Assembly (NCBI GenBank): GCA_965249725.1
Contig: CBDFMQ010000002.1
Location: 1,216,001 to 1,280,000, forward strand
Source: Longimicrobiales bacterium
GTDB lineage: Bacteria > Gemmatimonadota > Gemmatimonadetes > Longimicrobiales > Gaopeijiaceae
Length of the DNA: 64,000 nt
Direction: 5' to 3'
The position numbers and the translations under genes are program-made. Shown here piece by piece: positions 1 through 9,706 of this stretch (position 1 is its first letter; each line of letters opens with the position of its first letter). The notes under the pieces are model-generated. The model did not search any database. It was given only the letters and a program-made list of their open reading frames with translations, and had not been told where the DNA came from.

Positions 1-72
1 ACGCAGAAGGAGAGCGAAGCCCCCCATGGAGATATGAACGACCTTCCGGGGAAGCTCGGCGCCCAGGGTCAT
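1..72 (-). CDS. 5' end of a membrane protein, DUF92 or phytol/dolichol-kinase-like N-terminus (partial, runs off the window)
   Basis: Manual translation from ATG at 72 gives MTLGAELPRKVVHISMGGFALLLR, which has the E-x-x-RK-x-x-H-I motif of cytidylyltransferase/DUF92-type membrane proteins. Only 24 codons are visible. Confidence 0.45.
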   Translation of the reverse strand, partial: MTLGAELPRKVVHISMGGFALLLR

Positions 73-156
73 ACGGTCCGACTCAGGTGGCTCGCCGACG
101 GTTGACCCGCAGGTCCTGACGCGAGGTCGGGACAGACGAAGGAGGCCGGCACCGGA

Positions 157-2496
157 TCAGCCGAACGCGCGCTTGAAGAGCGAGCGGACGTGCCCCTCGT
201 ACCGTTTGACCACCAGCACCGAAGCCGGTGAATAGCGTGCCACCTTCTCCGGAATCTCCCCGAACAGGACCTGCTGGAAGAACGGTTCCCGCGCCGCACC
301 CAGGACCACGAGATCGAAGTTCTTGCTGGCCCGCGCGATTCCGCCGGCGACGCTGGTTCCTTCGATGAGGAGTCGATCGACCACGACCTCCGGGCCGATC
401 AGATCAAGCGTCTTGTCGAGCCACCGTTCGGCCTCCGCCCGTTCCTCCGCGGAGGCGTCTGGGTCGACGATATGGCAGGCCGTCACCGTCATATGGAACG
501 CAGGTGCGAGAACGTTCAAGAGCTCGGCCGCCAACATGGCATGGGCCCCTCCCGAAGTCGGGAAGAGGCAACGCCGGGGCAGTTGAGGGTTGCCTATCTT
601 GAGGAGCGCAAGATCACATGGGGCGTTCCGGATGACCTGATCCGCCACCTCACCGAAAATTCGATCGCTCGTGTCCGTGTACCCCTTCCAGCCCATGACC
701 AGCATGTCGGCGCCGCTTCGGCGGGCTCCGGCCAGAATGCCGTCGTGCGCGTGGTGGGCCACGATCACGTCGGTCTCCAGGTCCACGCCACGGAACGCCG
801 CATGCTCGAGACCATGCGTCAGCAGCGCCTCTTTGTGATGGGCGAATCGGAGTCCCTCTTGGATGGGGAGCTGGCGGGGCACCTGGACGACCGAGATGGC
901 TGTCGTCCCGAGACCACGAGCCTCAGCGATGGGCTGGGCGAAGTCCAGAAGGACGTGCACATGGTCGGGGTTGTGGAGTGGTACCACGACCGTTTCATGG
1001 GCAGCGGGCTCGGCCACCTTACGAGGCTCGAGAATCTGAGGACGGATCTCTGCAGCCTGCTTCTCGAAGTAGCTGTAGTAGAGCACCAGACCAATCAGAA
1101 TCCACCCGCCGGTCACGTACCAGGCTAACGGCTGGAACGTGAACTGGTAGACTGCCAGGTAGAGGTTCAAGACGATCCCGAGCACAGGTACGACCGGATA
1201 GAGCGGGACCTTGTAGCGGCGCGGGAGATCCGGCGCTTTTCGTCGAAGCGTGATGACCGAGAGGTTCACCATCGCGAACGTCAGCAAGAAGATGAGGCTC
1301 GCGGCGGAACCCACCGCCTCGATGGGTAGGGTCATCGCCATGGCCAACAGAATCACGCCGGTGACGATGATGGCTACGTGAGGGGTTCGGCGGTCCGGGT
1401 GGATCGTCGCCATGGACTTGGGCAGCAGGCGGTCCCTGGCCATGGAAAAGGCCACCCGTGACGACGCCATGACCGTCGCGTTCAGAGCCGACATTGTGGA
1501 GAGCAATCCTCCGAAGACGATGATCGCCACGCCAAACGCCGGCATGAAGCCCTCGGCAGCCCTGACGATGGCCGTCTCCCCGTAGTCGCCCAGGAACCGC
1601 CATGAGGGCCTGCCGTCCGGGGGCCTGACGGCCGCAAGCGACACGAAGAGAATCAGGAGATACATCACCATGGTGATGCCCAGCGAGATGAACGTCGCCC
1701 GTGGGATGTTCTTCTCGGGCTCCTTGATTTCCTCGGCCACCGTGGCGATGAGGTCGTAGCCTTCGAACGCGATGAACGTGAGACCCATCGCCACGATCAC
1801 GCCGCCCATCCCCTCCGGAAAGAACGGGCTGAAGCTGGCCGCTGCCTGCCCGGGCTCCTCGAAGACTCGTCGGAGCCCATAGCCGATGAAGATGGCGAGC
1901 ACGAAGAGCTTCGTGACCGTCAAGACGTTCTCGGCCTTGCCGGTGACCTCTGCTCCCCGCGCATTCAGCCGCACGAATACGACAGCCACGAAGAGGGTGA
2001 CGAGGAGGATCGCCCCATGCTCGCCCACGACCCCGAAGGCACCCTCAGCGAGCCCGGGTAGGTACTTGATGAAGAATTCCCAGAAGTACCCGGCAAAGCC
2101 TAGCGCGTAGAGGCTGCACGCCACGGTGTAGGCGAACCACAACATCCAGCCTGCCGTAAACCCGACGGCGCCGGGGAAGGCACGGCGCACGTATGCGTAT
2201 CCCCCGCCTGCCTCTGGGATTGCAGTGGCGAGCTCCGCGTACGCGAAAGCCGTGAGGAGAGTCACCGCCCCGTTCAGCGAGAACGCGAGGATCGAGGCCG
2301 GGCCCGACTCGCCCGCCGCGATTCCGGTGAGTACGAAGATGCCGGCGCCGATCATGGCGCCGACCCCGATCATGGTCGCGTCGAAGAGCCCGAGATCTCG
2401 GGCGAAAGCCGGCGCCCCTCCGTCGGGGCCTTGGGCGTCCGAACTCACGCCTCGAGGGGTCCCGTCTGAGATGATCCGAAAGCCATGGGCCTCCAA
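157..2496 (-). CDS. APC-family amino acid permease with two C-terminal universal stress protein (USP)-like domains
   Basis: GAMIGAGIF and AFEGYD motifs, about 12 hydrophobic helices, C-terminal 'MLVMGW..FGEVADQVIRNAPCD' and 'LVVLGA..FGEIPEKVARYSPASVLVVK'. Confidence 0.9.
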   Translation of the reverse strand: MEAHGFRIISDGTPRGVSSDAQGPDGGAPAFARDLGLFDATMIGVGAMIGAGIFVLTGIAAGESGPASILAFSLNGAVTLLTAFAYAELATAIPEAGGGYAYVRRAFPGAVGFTAGWMLWFAYTVACSLYALGFAGYFWEFFIKYLPGLAEGAFGVVGEHGAILLVTLFVAVVFVRLNARGAEVTGKAENVLTVTKLFVLAIFIGYGLRRVFEEPGQAAASFSPFFPEGMGGVIVAMGLTFIAFEGYDLIATVAEEIKEPEKNIPRATFISLGITMVMYLLILFVSLAAVRPPDGRPSWRFLGDYGETAIVRAAEGFMPAFGVAIIVFGGLLSTMSALNATVMASSRVAFSMARDRLLPKSMATIHPDRRTPHVAIIVTGVILLAMAMTLPIEAVGSAASLIFLLTFAMVNLSVITLRRKAPDLPRRYKVPLYPVVPVLGIVLNLYLAVYQFTFQPLAWYVTGGWILIGLVLYYSYFEKQAAEIRPQILEPRKVAEPAAHETVVVPLHNPDHVHVLLDFAQPIAEARGLGTTAISVVQVPRQLPIQEGLRFAHHKEALLTHGLEHAAFRGVDLETDVIVAHHAHDGILAGARRSGADMLVMGWKGYTDTSDRIFGEVADQVIRNAPCDLALLKIGNPQLPRRCLFPTSGGAHAMLAAELLNVLAPAFHMTVTACHIVDPDASAEERAEAERWLDKTLDLIGPEVVVDRLLIEGTSVAGGIARASKNFDLVVLGAAREPFFQQVLFGEIPEKVARYSPASVLVVKRYEGHVRSLFKRAFG

Positions 2497-2667
2497 GAAG
2501 TCGTCATGTGCGTCGGCCCCTCGATCTCGGGACCGCTAGAAGCTAGTCGGTGGGGCCCGATTCGCCACAGGAGCGGGCGGTCCGATAGACCCCGAGACGC
2601 CCTTGCCCGGCGGAAGGCCGCTACGGAATATTCGATCCCCCGCCTGTCTTCGACCGGAGTTGCTGCC

Positions 2668-4226
2668 ATGAAGCGCATCCGCCCCTTCCTGTCCGTCCTC
2701 TACACCGCGGCGATCACGCTCGCATCCGCCTTCGTGTCTCCGGCGAGTGCCCAGGAGCCGGTTCATTGGGATGTCGCCGAGCGCATCCGGCAAGAAGGAT
2801 TCGAGAACTCCAGCGTCATGGAATTCGCCGGCTATCTGACCGACGTCATCGGTCCGCGGCTCACCGGTTCATCCAACATGCGACAGGCGCAGGAATGGGC
2901 GTTGCGACAGATGGAGGAGCTCGGCCTCTCCGGAATCGAGAAGGAGGCCTGGGGCGATGAGACAGCCGGGTGGGACATCGAGCGTGTGTCGGTGCACATG
3001 CTCGAACCCGACTACCAGATGGTCATCGCATACCCCCTCGCCCTGACTCCCGGAACCGACGGCAAGGTCGTGGAGCGGGCTGTGCTCGCCGACATCCGAA
3101 GCGCCGCCGACCTGGACCGATATCGTGGTCGCCTACGGGGCGCCGTGGTCCTGGCCACTCCTCCCATGCCCATGGGCCCACAATGGTCCAGGACGCGTTT
3201 CGGCATACCGATGAGTCCCTTGAGGTATTCGAATCCGAGGGGCGCGACCTCCTCATCCAGAGACACGCGCGCGGCCAGCTGGATCAACGCACATTCCGGC
3301 CGGAGGGCATCTCCGAGGCCGAGATCGAGGAGTTCTACAAGTCCGAAGGAGTCGCGGCCGTGCTGAGGGCGAGCATCGGTAGTGATGGCACCGTCGCGGC
3401 CACCGGTCACGCGACCACGCGCGGCAACCGCACCCGGGCCGGCATCGAGAATGCCCTCCCTACCCTCGCCGTCGCTACGGAGCACTACAACCGGATCTAC
3501 CGGATCTTGGAGCGAGGGATTCCCGTTACGATGGAGGTCGACGTGCAGGTCGCAATCGATGACAGCGACCCGCGGGGATACAACATCATCGGAGAGATTC
3601 CGGGCACCGACTTGGCGGACGAGGTCGTGGCCATAGGGGCTCACCTCGACTCTTGGCACTCTGGGACCGGGGCGACCGATAACGCGAGCGGAGTCTCCGT
3701 CATGCTCGAAGCCATACGGATTCTCAAGGCTATCGACGCGCAGCCCAGGCGAACGATTCGGCTACTTCTCTGGAGCCATGAGGAAGGCGGACTTCGGGGC
3801 TCTCGAGGGTACGTCAAGAACCACTTCGGCAATCCCGAGGAGGGGACCACACCGGACTACGACAGATTCTCCGTCTATTTCAACATGGATAACGGCACCG
3901 GCCAGTTCAGAGGTGTCCACCAGCAGGGACATCCGCTCGTGGCGCCGATCTTCGAGGCATGGATGAAACCGTTCAACGATCTGGGGGTGAAGACCCTGTC
4001 CCGATTCAGCAACAGGGGAACGGATCACCTCTCGTTCAACGAGGCAGGGCTACCCGGCTTCCAGTTCCTGCAAGACCGGATCGACTACCGCGCTAGAACA
4101 CACCACTTCAACATGGACACATACGACAAGCTCCTCCCCCGCGATCTGATGATCAGCGCGAGCGTGGTGGCCAGCTTTGCATACCACGCCGCCGTACGGG
4201 ATCAGAGGATCCCTCGAAAGCCGTGA
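2668..4226 (+). pseudogene. M28-family (carboxypeptidase Q-like) secreted peptidase, split by a 1-nt frameshift near 3181
   Basis: The N-half starts at ATG 2668 (signal peptide, IGPRLTGS). The C-half is in another frame with GAHLDSW, GATDNASG, HEEGGL and HH metal ligands. The frames switch at 'ggc cca ca atg gtc'. Confidence 0.8.
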
Positions 4227-4257
4227 GACCCGCCCTGATCAGCAGCAGAGTTGTGGA

Positions 4258-4686
4258 TTACTCGCCGGCGCCACCGTCGGCATGCTCGGCGTGCGTATCC
4301 ACTGCCCGCTGGAGCATCTTTACGTACGTCCCCACATCTTCCGGCTTCTTGAAATAGGCCGTCGCCCCCAGGCTCCGTGCCAATTCGGCGTTCAAGTTGT
4401 GGAACGCCGAGATGACCGCCACGAGCGTGTCGCTCAACAGCTCCTGCTCCTTGAGCCACTCGAGGAATTGGAAGCCGGACATCTCGGGTAAACCCAAGTC
4501 CACCAGGAGCAGATCCGGCCGGTCCTCGCCCGAAGCGTCGACTCGGGCGCGTTCTCTAAGATGTTCGACCGCGGCTTCGCCCGTCTCGAATACCAGGACT
4601 TCGGTGCCTGGCCCTCCCACCTCCATTGCCGCCTTCTCCATGAGGAGGGCGTCGCCGGCATTGTCTTCAACGATGATCACCCTCAT
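4258..4686 (-). CDS. Stand-alone response regulator receiver protein (Rcp1/CheY-like)
   Basis: VEDN acidic pocket, phospho-acceptor in LLVDLGLP, conserved S and KP. Confidence 0.88.
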   Translation of the reverse strand: MRVIIVEDNAGDALLMEKAAMEVGGPGTEVLVFETGEAAVEHLRERARVDASGEDRPDLLLVDLGLPEMSGFQFLEWLKEQELLSDTLVAVISAFHNLNAELARSLGATAYFKKPEDVGTYVKMLQRAVDTHAEHADGGAGE

Positions 4687-4780
4687 GGCTTCCTCCGTTG
4701 GGAGTGGGTACGTCGTTTAGCTGGGCGAAGAAACACCCTAGAGGCGTATTTGTAAAGACGGCCAACCAACGGGGGCGCTA

Positions 4781-4832
4781 GCGGGAGACCTGCTCGACGC
4801 CTCGGCTCGAACCGATCGGTTCGACTCCGGGC
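4781..4832. repeat. About 52-bp direct repeat, copy 1 (internal palindrome, tRNA T-arm-like)
   Basis: GCGGGAGACCTGCTCGACGCCTCGGCTCGAACCGATCGGTTCGACTCCGGGC closely matches 4934-4986. Confidence 0.8.
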
Positions 4833-4933
4833 CATAGGTCCAGCTACCGAGAGGACTTTGGGGACACCGGATTTAGCTGCGGTCGCCTGCGGCGATCCTC
4901 GCTAGTCTCGGCGTGTTGCATCTGGGCCGCACT

Positions 4934-4986
4934 GCGGGAGAACTGCTTTACGCCTCGGCTCGAACCGTAACGGTTCGAACCCGGGC
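4934..4986. repeat. About 53-bp direct repeat, copy 2 (internal palindrome, inverted copy of the tRNA-Cys T-arm)
   Basis: GCGGGAGAACTGCTTTACGCCTCGGCTCGAACCGTAACGGTTCGAACCCGGGC. Its 3' part is an inverted near-copy of the adjacent tRNA-Cys T-arm. Confidence 0.8.
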
Positions 4987-5013
4987 GTATCACATGCGGT
5001 TCTTCGAATCTAG

Positions 5014-5085
5014 AGGCGCCGCCCGGATTCGAACCGGGGAATAAAGGCTTTGCAGGCCTCTGCCTTACCACTTGGCTACGGCGCC
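5014..5085 (-). tRNA. tRNA-Cys (GCA)
   Basis: Reverse complement GGCGCCGTAGCCAAGTGGTAAGGCAGAGGCCTGCAAAGCCTTTATTCCCCGGTTCGAATCCGGGCGGCGCCT folds as a cloverleaf with anticodon GCA and U discriminator. CCA is not encoded. Confidence 0.97.
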
Positions 5086-5091
5086 TAAAGC

Positions 5092-5132
5092 GAAAAGGGG
5101 CTCTTCGTCCGATGGACGGCAAGCCCCTTTTC
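5092..5132 (-). terminator. Terminator-like hairpin between tRNA-Gly and tRNA-Cys
   Basis: GAAAAGGGGCT...AGCCCCTTTTC 11-bp stem with an inner CGTCC/GGACG stem and T-tracts on both strands. Confidence 0.5.
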
Positions 5133-5136
5133 CGAG

Positions 5137-5209
<73 letters not shown>

Positions 5210-5281
5210 ATGGAAAAAGGTGCTTTGGGCTACCCGCATCGGCGGAAATCGTTTCCAAAGCACCCTTCATTTCTGCGCTGG

Positions 5282-5310
5282 AAGCTAGACATGGCGCCAA
5301 AAAGTGTCAA
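5282..5310 (-). promoter_or_regulatory. Sigma-70-type promoter of the tRNA pair
   Basis: TTGACA-N17-TAGCTT on the minus strand, upstream of tRNA-Gly. Confidence 0.65.
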
Positions 5311-5363
5311 GTTCCCAGTAGGCCATTTTCCCCATTTAGCTGCCCCGCCGAGACCGGGCCTCC

Positions 5364-7055
5364 ATGGCCGTTCCCGTAAACAGGTTCCACCATATCGAGG
5401 AGTGCCCGCGCCGCATGAGGGTGACCGTCGTTCCCAGTCCCGTTCGAGAGCTTGGACCCGGTCGACGGCGCCTACTCGTCGGTGCGTTCGGCTTGTCGAT
5501 GCTCGGGGCCTTCGTCCTCGGCGCAGCACCGACAGCGGCCCTCTCGCAGGAAGTCTCGGGGCCACTCGTGGAGCCGGGACGCCTTCGCTTCGAGGTCAGC
5601 ACGCTCTACCTCTACTCCGACGCCAGATTCGGGGAGCGCATGGTCGGTGAGACGCTCGTGGAGGAAGAGGAGCCTCTCGGCTTCGACTTCTCGGACACGG
5701 CGGTGGGCTCCAGGCTGTTTCCAGGACTGGAGACTCTCGAGCAGGATCTGGCGACGGCTACGGGCGGCACGGTGGAATCCCTCATCCTCGGGTCGACCAG
5801 GGCCGTCATGACCCGAGATGCCGTCTACCTTCCGCTTCGAATCGACATCGGGGTCTTCGACTGGCTCAGCGTCGGCGGGACGGTTCCCTTCTCGCGTCGT
5901 CGCGCCGAGGTGGCGTGGGCGTTCGATGGAAACGGAGCCAATACGGGACTTACACCCTCCGTCACTGATCCCGGCGCAGTAGGGACCTTCCTCGGCGGCC
6001 TTTCTGTCGCAGAGGCGGCGCTCGCGAGTCTCACAGATGATCTGTGCACCGCCGATCCGACGGCGTCGGGGTGCATCGGGGCCTCTTCGCTTCTAGAGGA
6101 CGGGAGGCAGTTCCGGCAGGCCCTCCTTCGATCGCTCGGATCACAGGGGGTCTTCCCCATCGATGGGACGCCCACGGCCGCGGCCCTTCAGAGTCGTGTT
6201 CTGGCACTCATGGACGCGCACCAGGCTCTGGGTGTCTCGTACCCGAACGCTGTTCCGATGGCCACGCAGATCCTCGATGAGGAGGCCTACGGCAACCTGG
6301 TCACCGACCCCGGATACGGGGTCGTAGGCGCCCCGTTCGAGTCCTGGCGGAGTGCGTGGGAGATGGGTGATGTGGAGCTCCATGCGAACGTTCGGTTGTG
6401 GATGTCGCCTCCAGCGGAAGACGCCGATACGGGGCGGTCGAGCACGAGCATCCTGGTCGGCGCGGGAGGACTGGTACGTCTTGGCACGGGTAAGACGGAT
6501 CTGCCCGACCACTTCGTGGACACCGGAAGCGGCGACGGCCAACAAGACCTGGAGTTGAGCCTCTTCGCAGGAATGTCCGGGGGTCGACTCGGTGTCTGGG
6601 GCGAGGCCCGATATGGCGTCGCGGCAGCGACAACCGTAGTGCGTCGCATCGCCGCACCCGACCGGATCTTCGCACCACTCTCCTCCTCCCAGGTAGTCCG
6701 CTGGACCCCCGGCAACTACTACCACCTCCGCCTAAGTCCCCGCTTTCAGCTCACCGATGAGATGTCGATCGCCTTCGATGTGAGGGCGTACTCCAAGAAG
6801 GCGGACCGCTACGAGTCGCTGGTTGCGGACGACGTGCCTTTCCCTTTCGATGTCGAACTGCTCGAGCTGGAGACCGAGCAGAACGTGCTCGAGACCGGAG
6901 TGGGAGTCGTCTACTCCACGGTCGGGACCGGTAGAGGTCGATCGATGGAGGCCCGCTTCCTCTTTCGAAGGGGCGTTTCGGGGAGCGGAGGGTTAACCCC
7001 GAAGACCGAGCGCTTCGAGTTCGGACTCCGGCTCTTCAAGGGAATCTGGAACTAG
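5364..7055 (+). CDS. Hypothetical exported protein, probably an outer-membrane beta-barrel with a helical insertion (true start may be 5416 or later)
   Basis: Signal-like segment ending A-L-S-Q, amphipathic beta-strand patterns at both ends, a Cys pair in a central helical region, and coding-like codon usage. Confidence 0.65.
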   Translation: MAVPVNRFHHIEECPRRMRVTVVPSPVRELGPGRRRLLVGAFGLSMLGAFVLGAAPTAALSQEVSGPLVEPGRLRFEVSTLYLYSDARFGERMVGETLVEEEEPLGFDFSDTAVGSRLFPGLETLEQDLATATGGTVESLILGSTRAVMTRDAVYLPLRIDIGVFDWLSVGGTVPFSRRRAEVAWAFDGNGANTGLTPSVTDPGAVGTFLGGLSVAEAALASLTDDLCTADPTASGCIGASSLLEDGRQFRQALLRSLGSQGVFPIDGTPTAAALQSRVLALMDAHQALGVSYPNAVPMATQILDEEAYGNLVTDPGYGVVGAPFESWRSAWEMGDVELHANVRLWMSPPAEDADTGRSSTSILVGAGGLVRLGTGKTDLPDHFVDTGSGDGQQDLELSLFAGMSGGRLGVWGEARYGVAAATTVVRRIAAPDRIFAPLSSSQVVRWTPGNYYHLRLSPRFQLTDEMSIAFDVRAYSKKADRYESLVADDVPFPFDVELLELETEQNVLETGVGVVYSTVGTGRGRSMEARFLFRRGVSGSGGLTPKTERFEFGLRLFKGIWN

Positions 7056-7057
7056 AC

Positions 7058-8722
7058 TCAGCCGGCCCCTAAGAGCTCGCGGGCATGCACACGCGATGTC
7101 TCGGACTCGGGATCGCCTCCCAGCATCCTGGCGATCTCACGCACGCGGGCTTCTCCCACCAGCGCGTCGACGCTGGTCGCCGCCAGGCCGTCCGTTTCCT
7201 CCCTCTTCTCGACGAGAAGGTGGCTTCGGGCCCTCGAAGCCAGCTGTGGCAGATGGGTGATGACGAACACCTGGTGATAACGGGCCACCTCCTTGAGCTT
7301 GGCCGCCACCAGTGTGGCTACCTGGCCACCGATACCCGCATCGATCTCGTCGAACACCAGCGTCGGAATCTCGTCCACCCGAGCTAGAATGGCCTTGAGC
7401 GCCAGCATGACCCTGGACAGCTCACCTCCGCTAGCCACCCGGCCAAGGGCCATGGGCGCGAAGCCGGCGTTGACCGAGACGAGGAACTCGACTCGCTCGG
7501 CGCCATGACTGCCGATCGAGGACAGGGCTTCCAGCGGGACCTTGAACGTTGCCCCCGGAAGGCCCAGATCGGGCAACAGCGCCTCGACCTCCGTCTCGAG
7601 CCGGCGGGCGGCAACCACCCGCTTGCCCGTCAGTGTCTCGGCCGCCCCGGCCAGGTCGGTGCGAGCCTTCTCGACATCGCGCCGCAGAGCTTCTTCGTCC
7701 CAACCCGACCCCTCGAGTTCATTCAGTTCAGCGCTCAGGCGCGTGCGGGTCTCTACGACATCGGCCAGCTCGGGTCCGTACTTCCGCTTCAGGCGGTGCA
7801 TCAGATCCAGTCGCTCTCGGACCTCCTCGATCCGGCCTGGGTCGTGCCGGATATTGCCCGAGTAGCCTCCCAATTCTCGCCCCACGTCGGCGAGCGCATG
7901 ATAGGCCTCCTCCAGGGCGTCGTGGGGAGCCTGAAGCGCCGGGTCCCACTCCTTGAGCCGCGCGAGGGATGCGAGCAGCTGAGAGGCTCGATCGGCAATG
8001 GCCCCGTCCGAGCCGTAGAGTTCCGAGTGGATCGCAACAGCCTCCCGGAGCAGCTCCTCCGAGTGCTCGAGCCGACCCATTTCCTCCGCGAGAGTCTCGT
8101 CCTCCCCGACCTCGACCGCGCCTTCCTCGATCTCAGCGAGCTGAAACCGGAGGAAGTCGCCCCGACTCTCCAACTCTCTGCGTCGCTCTTCCAACTCAAG
8201 GAGCCTCGCTTCAAAGCCGGCTAACGCCTCGAAGGCCTCGGACACCGCGACCGTATCGGCCTGCGCTTCTCCGAAGGCATCGAGAATCGAGCGTTGTGCT
8301 TCCTGACGCAGGAGGGTCTGGTGCTCGTGTTGGCCGTGGAGATCTACCAGCATTCTTCCGAGTTCGCCCACGATACGGGCGGTGGTGGGGGACCCGTTCA
8401 TCCAGGCTCGGTTCCTACCCTCGGCCGCCACCTCCCTACGGAGGATGAGCAGCCCGTCCTCGGCCTCCTGGCCCAGCTCGGTCATGCGGGACAGGAGTTC
8501 GGGTCGCTGGGACACGTCGAAGACCGCCTCGACCAAGGCTCTCTCGGCCCCGACCCGGACGGTTCCGCTCGACGCCCGCTGGCCCAACAGGAGCGAGAGC
8601 GCGCCGACGATGATGGACTTCCCGGCCCCGGTCTCCCCCGAAAGGGCGCTCAGTCCGGGGCCCAACTCCAGAGAGAGGTCGTCGATGACAGCGTAGTCGC
8701 GTACACGGAGTTCGATCAGCAT
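7058..8722 (-). CDS. recN: DNA repair protein RecN
   Basis: GETGAGKS Walker A, HGQHEHQ, ASGGELSR, FDEIDAG, ITHLPQ. Confidence 0.97.
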   Translation of the reverse strand: MLIELRVRDYAVIDDLSLELGPGLSALSGETGAGKSIIVGALSLLLGQRASSGTVRVGAERALVEAVFDVSQRPELLSRMTELGQEAEDGLLILRREVAAEGRNRAWMNGSPTTARIVGELGRMLVDLHGQHEHQTLLRQEAQRSILDAFGEAQADTVAVSEAFEALAGFEARLLELEERRRELESRGDFLRFQLAEIEEGAVEVGEDETLAEEMGRLEHSEELLREAVAIHSELYGSDGAIADRASQLLASLARLKEWDPALQAPHDALEEAYHALADVGRELGGYSGNIRHDPGRIEEVRERLDLMHRLKRKYGPELADVVETRTRLSAELNELEGSGWDEEALRRDVEKARTDLAGAAETLTGKRVVAARRLETEVEALLPDLGLPGATFKVPLEALSSIGSHGAERVEFLVSVNAGFAPMALGRVASGGELSRVMLALKAILARVDEIPTLVFDEIDAGIGGQVATLVAAKLKEVARYHQVFVITHLPQLASRARSHLLVEKREETDGLAATSVDALVGEARVREIARMLGGDPESETSRVHARELLGAG

Positions 8723-8791
8723 AGAGGGGAATCTACCAGGGCACGGCGAGCCCGCTCAATGGGAGTTGGGGACGGAGCTTCCGAGCGGTCC

Positions 8792-9706
8792 TCAGCCCGA
8801 GGGGCGGGCGGCCCAGTTGAGCTTGCGCTGCAGAGTCCCGAAGAAGTTCTGGTCGGAGAAGCGGACCAGAGGAATCTCGACGTCGGAACGCGTGATGTGG
8901 ACGTCGACACCTGCGTCGAGTTCATAGGCCACCTGCCCGTCGGCCGTCAGCACGAGGTCATCCGTACGTTCGAGCGGACTCACGGCCAGGACATGACTAC
9001 CCGGTATGACCAGGGGGCGAACCGCTAGTGTGTGCGGACAAACGGGTGTAGCGACGAGGCAATCGACCGACGGCACCACGATGGGGCCACCCGCCGACAG
9101 CGAGTAGGCCGTGGATCCGGTGGGGGTCGACACGATGAGCCCGTCCCCGGAGAAGCTTCCGACCTCCTGCCAGTCACCGGCTTCACTCACCAGCAGGTCC
9201 AGCCGGGTCACGCGGGCGACCCCGCGCTTGTGGATCACGAAGTCGTTCCACGCCAACAGGAGTTCACCCTGCTTGCCATCCCGCTGAACGAGACGGGCCT
9301 CCACCATGAACCGACGGTCCAGGACGTAATCGCCTTCAAGGATGCGCCCGAGGCGGTCTTCCATCTCCAGATGGGGGAACGCGGTGAGAAAGCCGAGGTG
9401 GCCAATGTTGATGCCCAGAACGGGGATCTCTCGGCCCGCGGCCATACGGCCGGCCCTCAGCAGCGTGCCGTCGCCCCCGAAAGCGACGAGAAAGTCGACC
9501 GCCTCATCGTCGAGATCCAAGCCCTCGGCCCCGTCGGGCGCGTGGGCCAGGAGGTGGGCCTCGAAGCAGACGTCGAGGCCGTGTTCGGCGGCGAAACGGC
9601 CGAGACGCTGTACACACTCCGGCAGGTCCTCGTGCGTCGACCGTCCGAGCACGCCGATGCGCTTGATCTCGTTCCCGGGGTCCGCCCGAACCACCGCCTC
9701 GCTCAC
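8792..9706 (-). CDS. nadK: NAD(+) kinase
   Basis: GGDGT, GHLGFL and DGLIVSTPTGSTAYSLSAGGP motifs. Confidence 0.96.
   Translation of the reverse strand: MSEAVVRADPGNEIKRIGVLGRSTHEDLPECVQRLGRFAAEHGLDVCFEAHLLAHAPDGAEGLDLDDEAVDFLVAFGGDGTLLRAGRMAAGREIPVLGINIGHLGFLTAFPHLEMEDRLGRILEGDYVLDRRFMVEARLVQRDGKQGELLLAWNDFVIHKRGVARVTRLDLLVSEAGDWQEVGSFSGDGLIVSTPTGSTAYSLSAGGPIVVPSVDCLVATPVCPHTLAVRPLVIPGSHVLAVSPLERTDDLVLTADGQVAYELDAGVDVHITRSDVEIPLVRFSDQNFFGTLQRKLNWAARPSG

Noticed and set aside
4781..4990. Extra tRNA genes or an attR scar of an integrated element
   Set aside because: No D-arm or anticodon arm can be built, the T-arm copies are inverted relative to tRNA-Cys, and there is no integrase.
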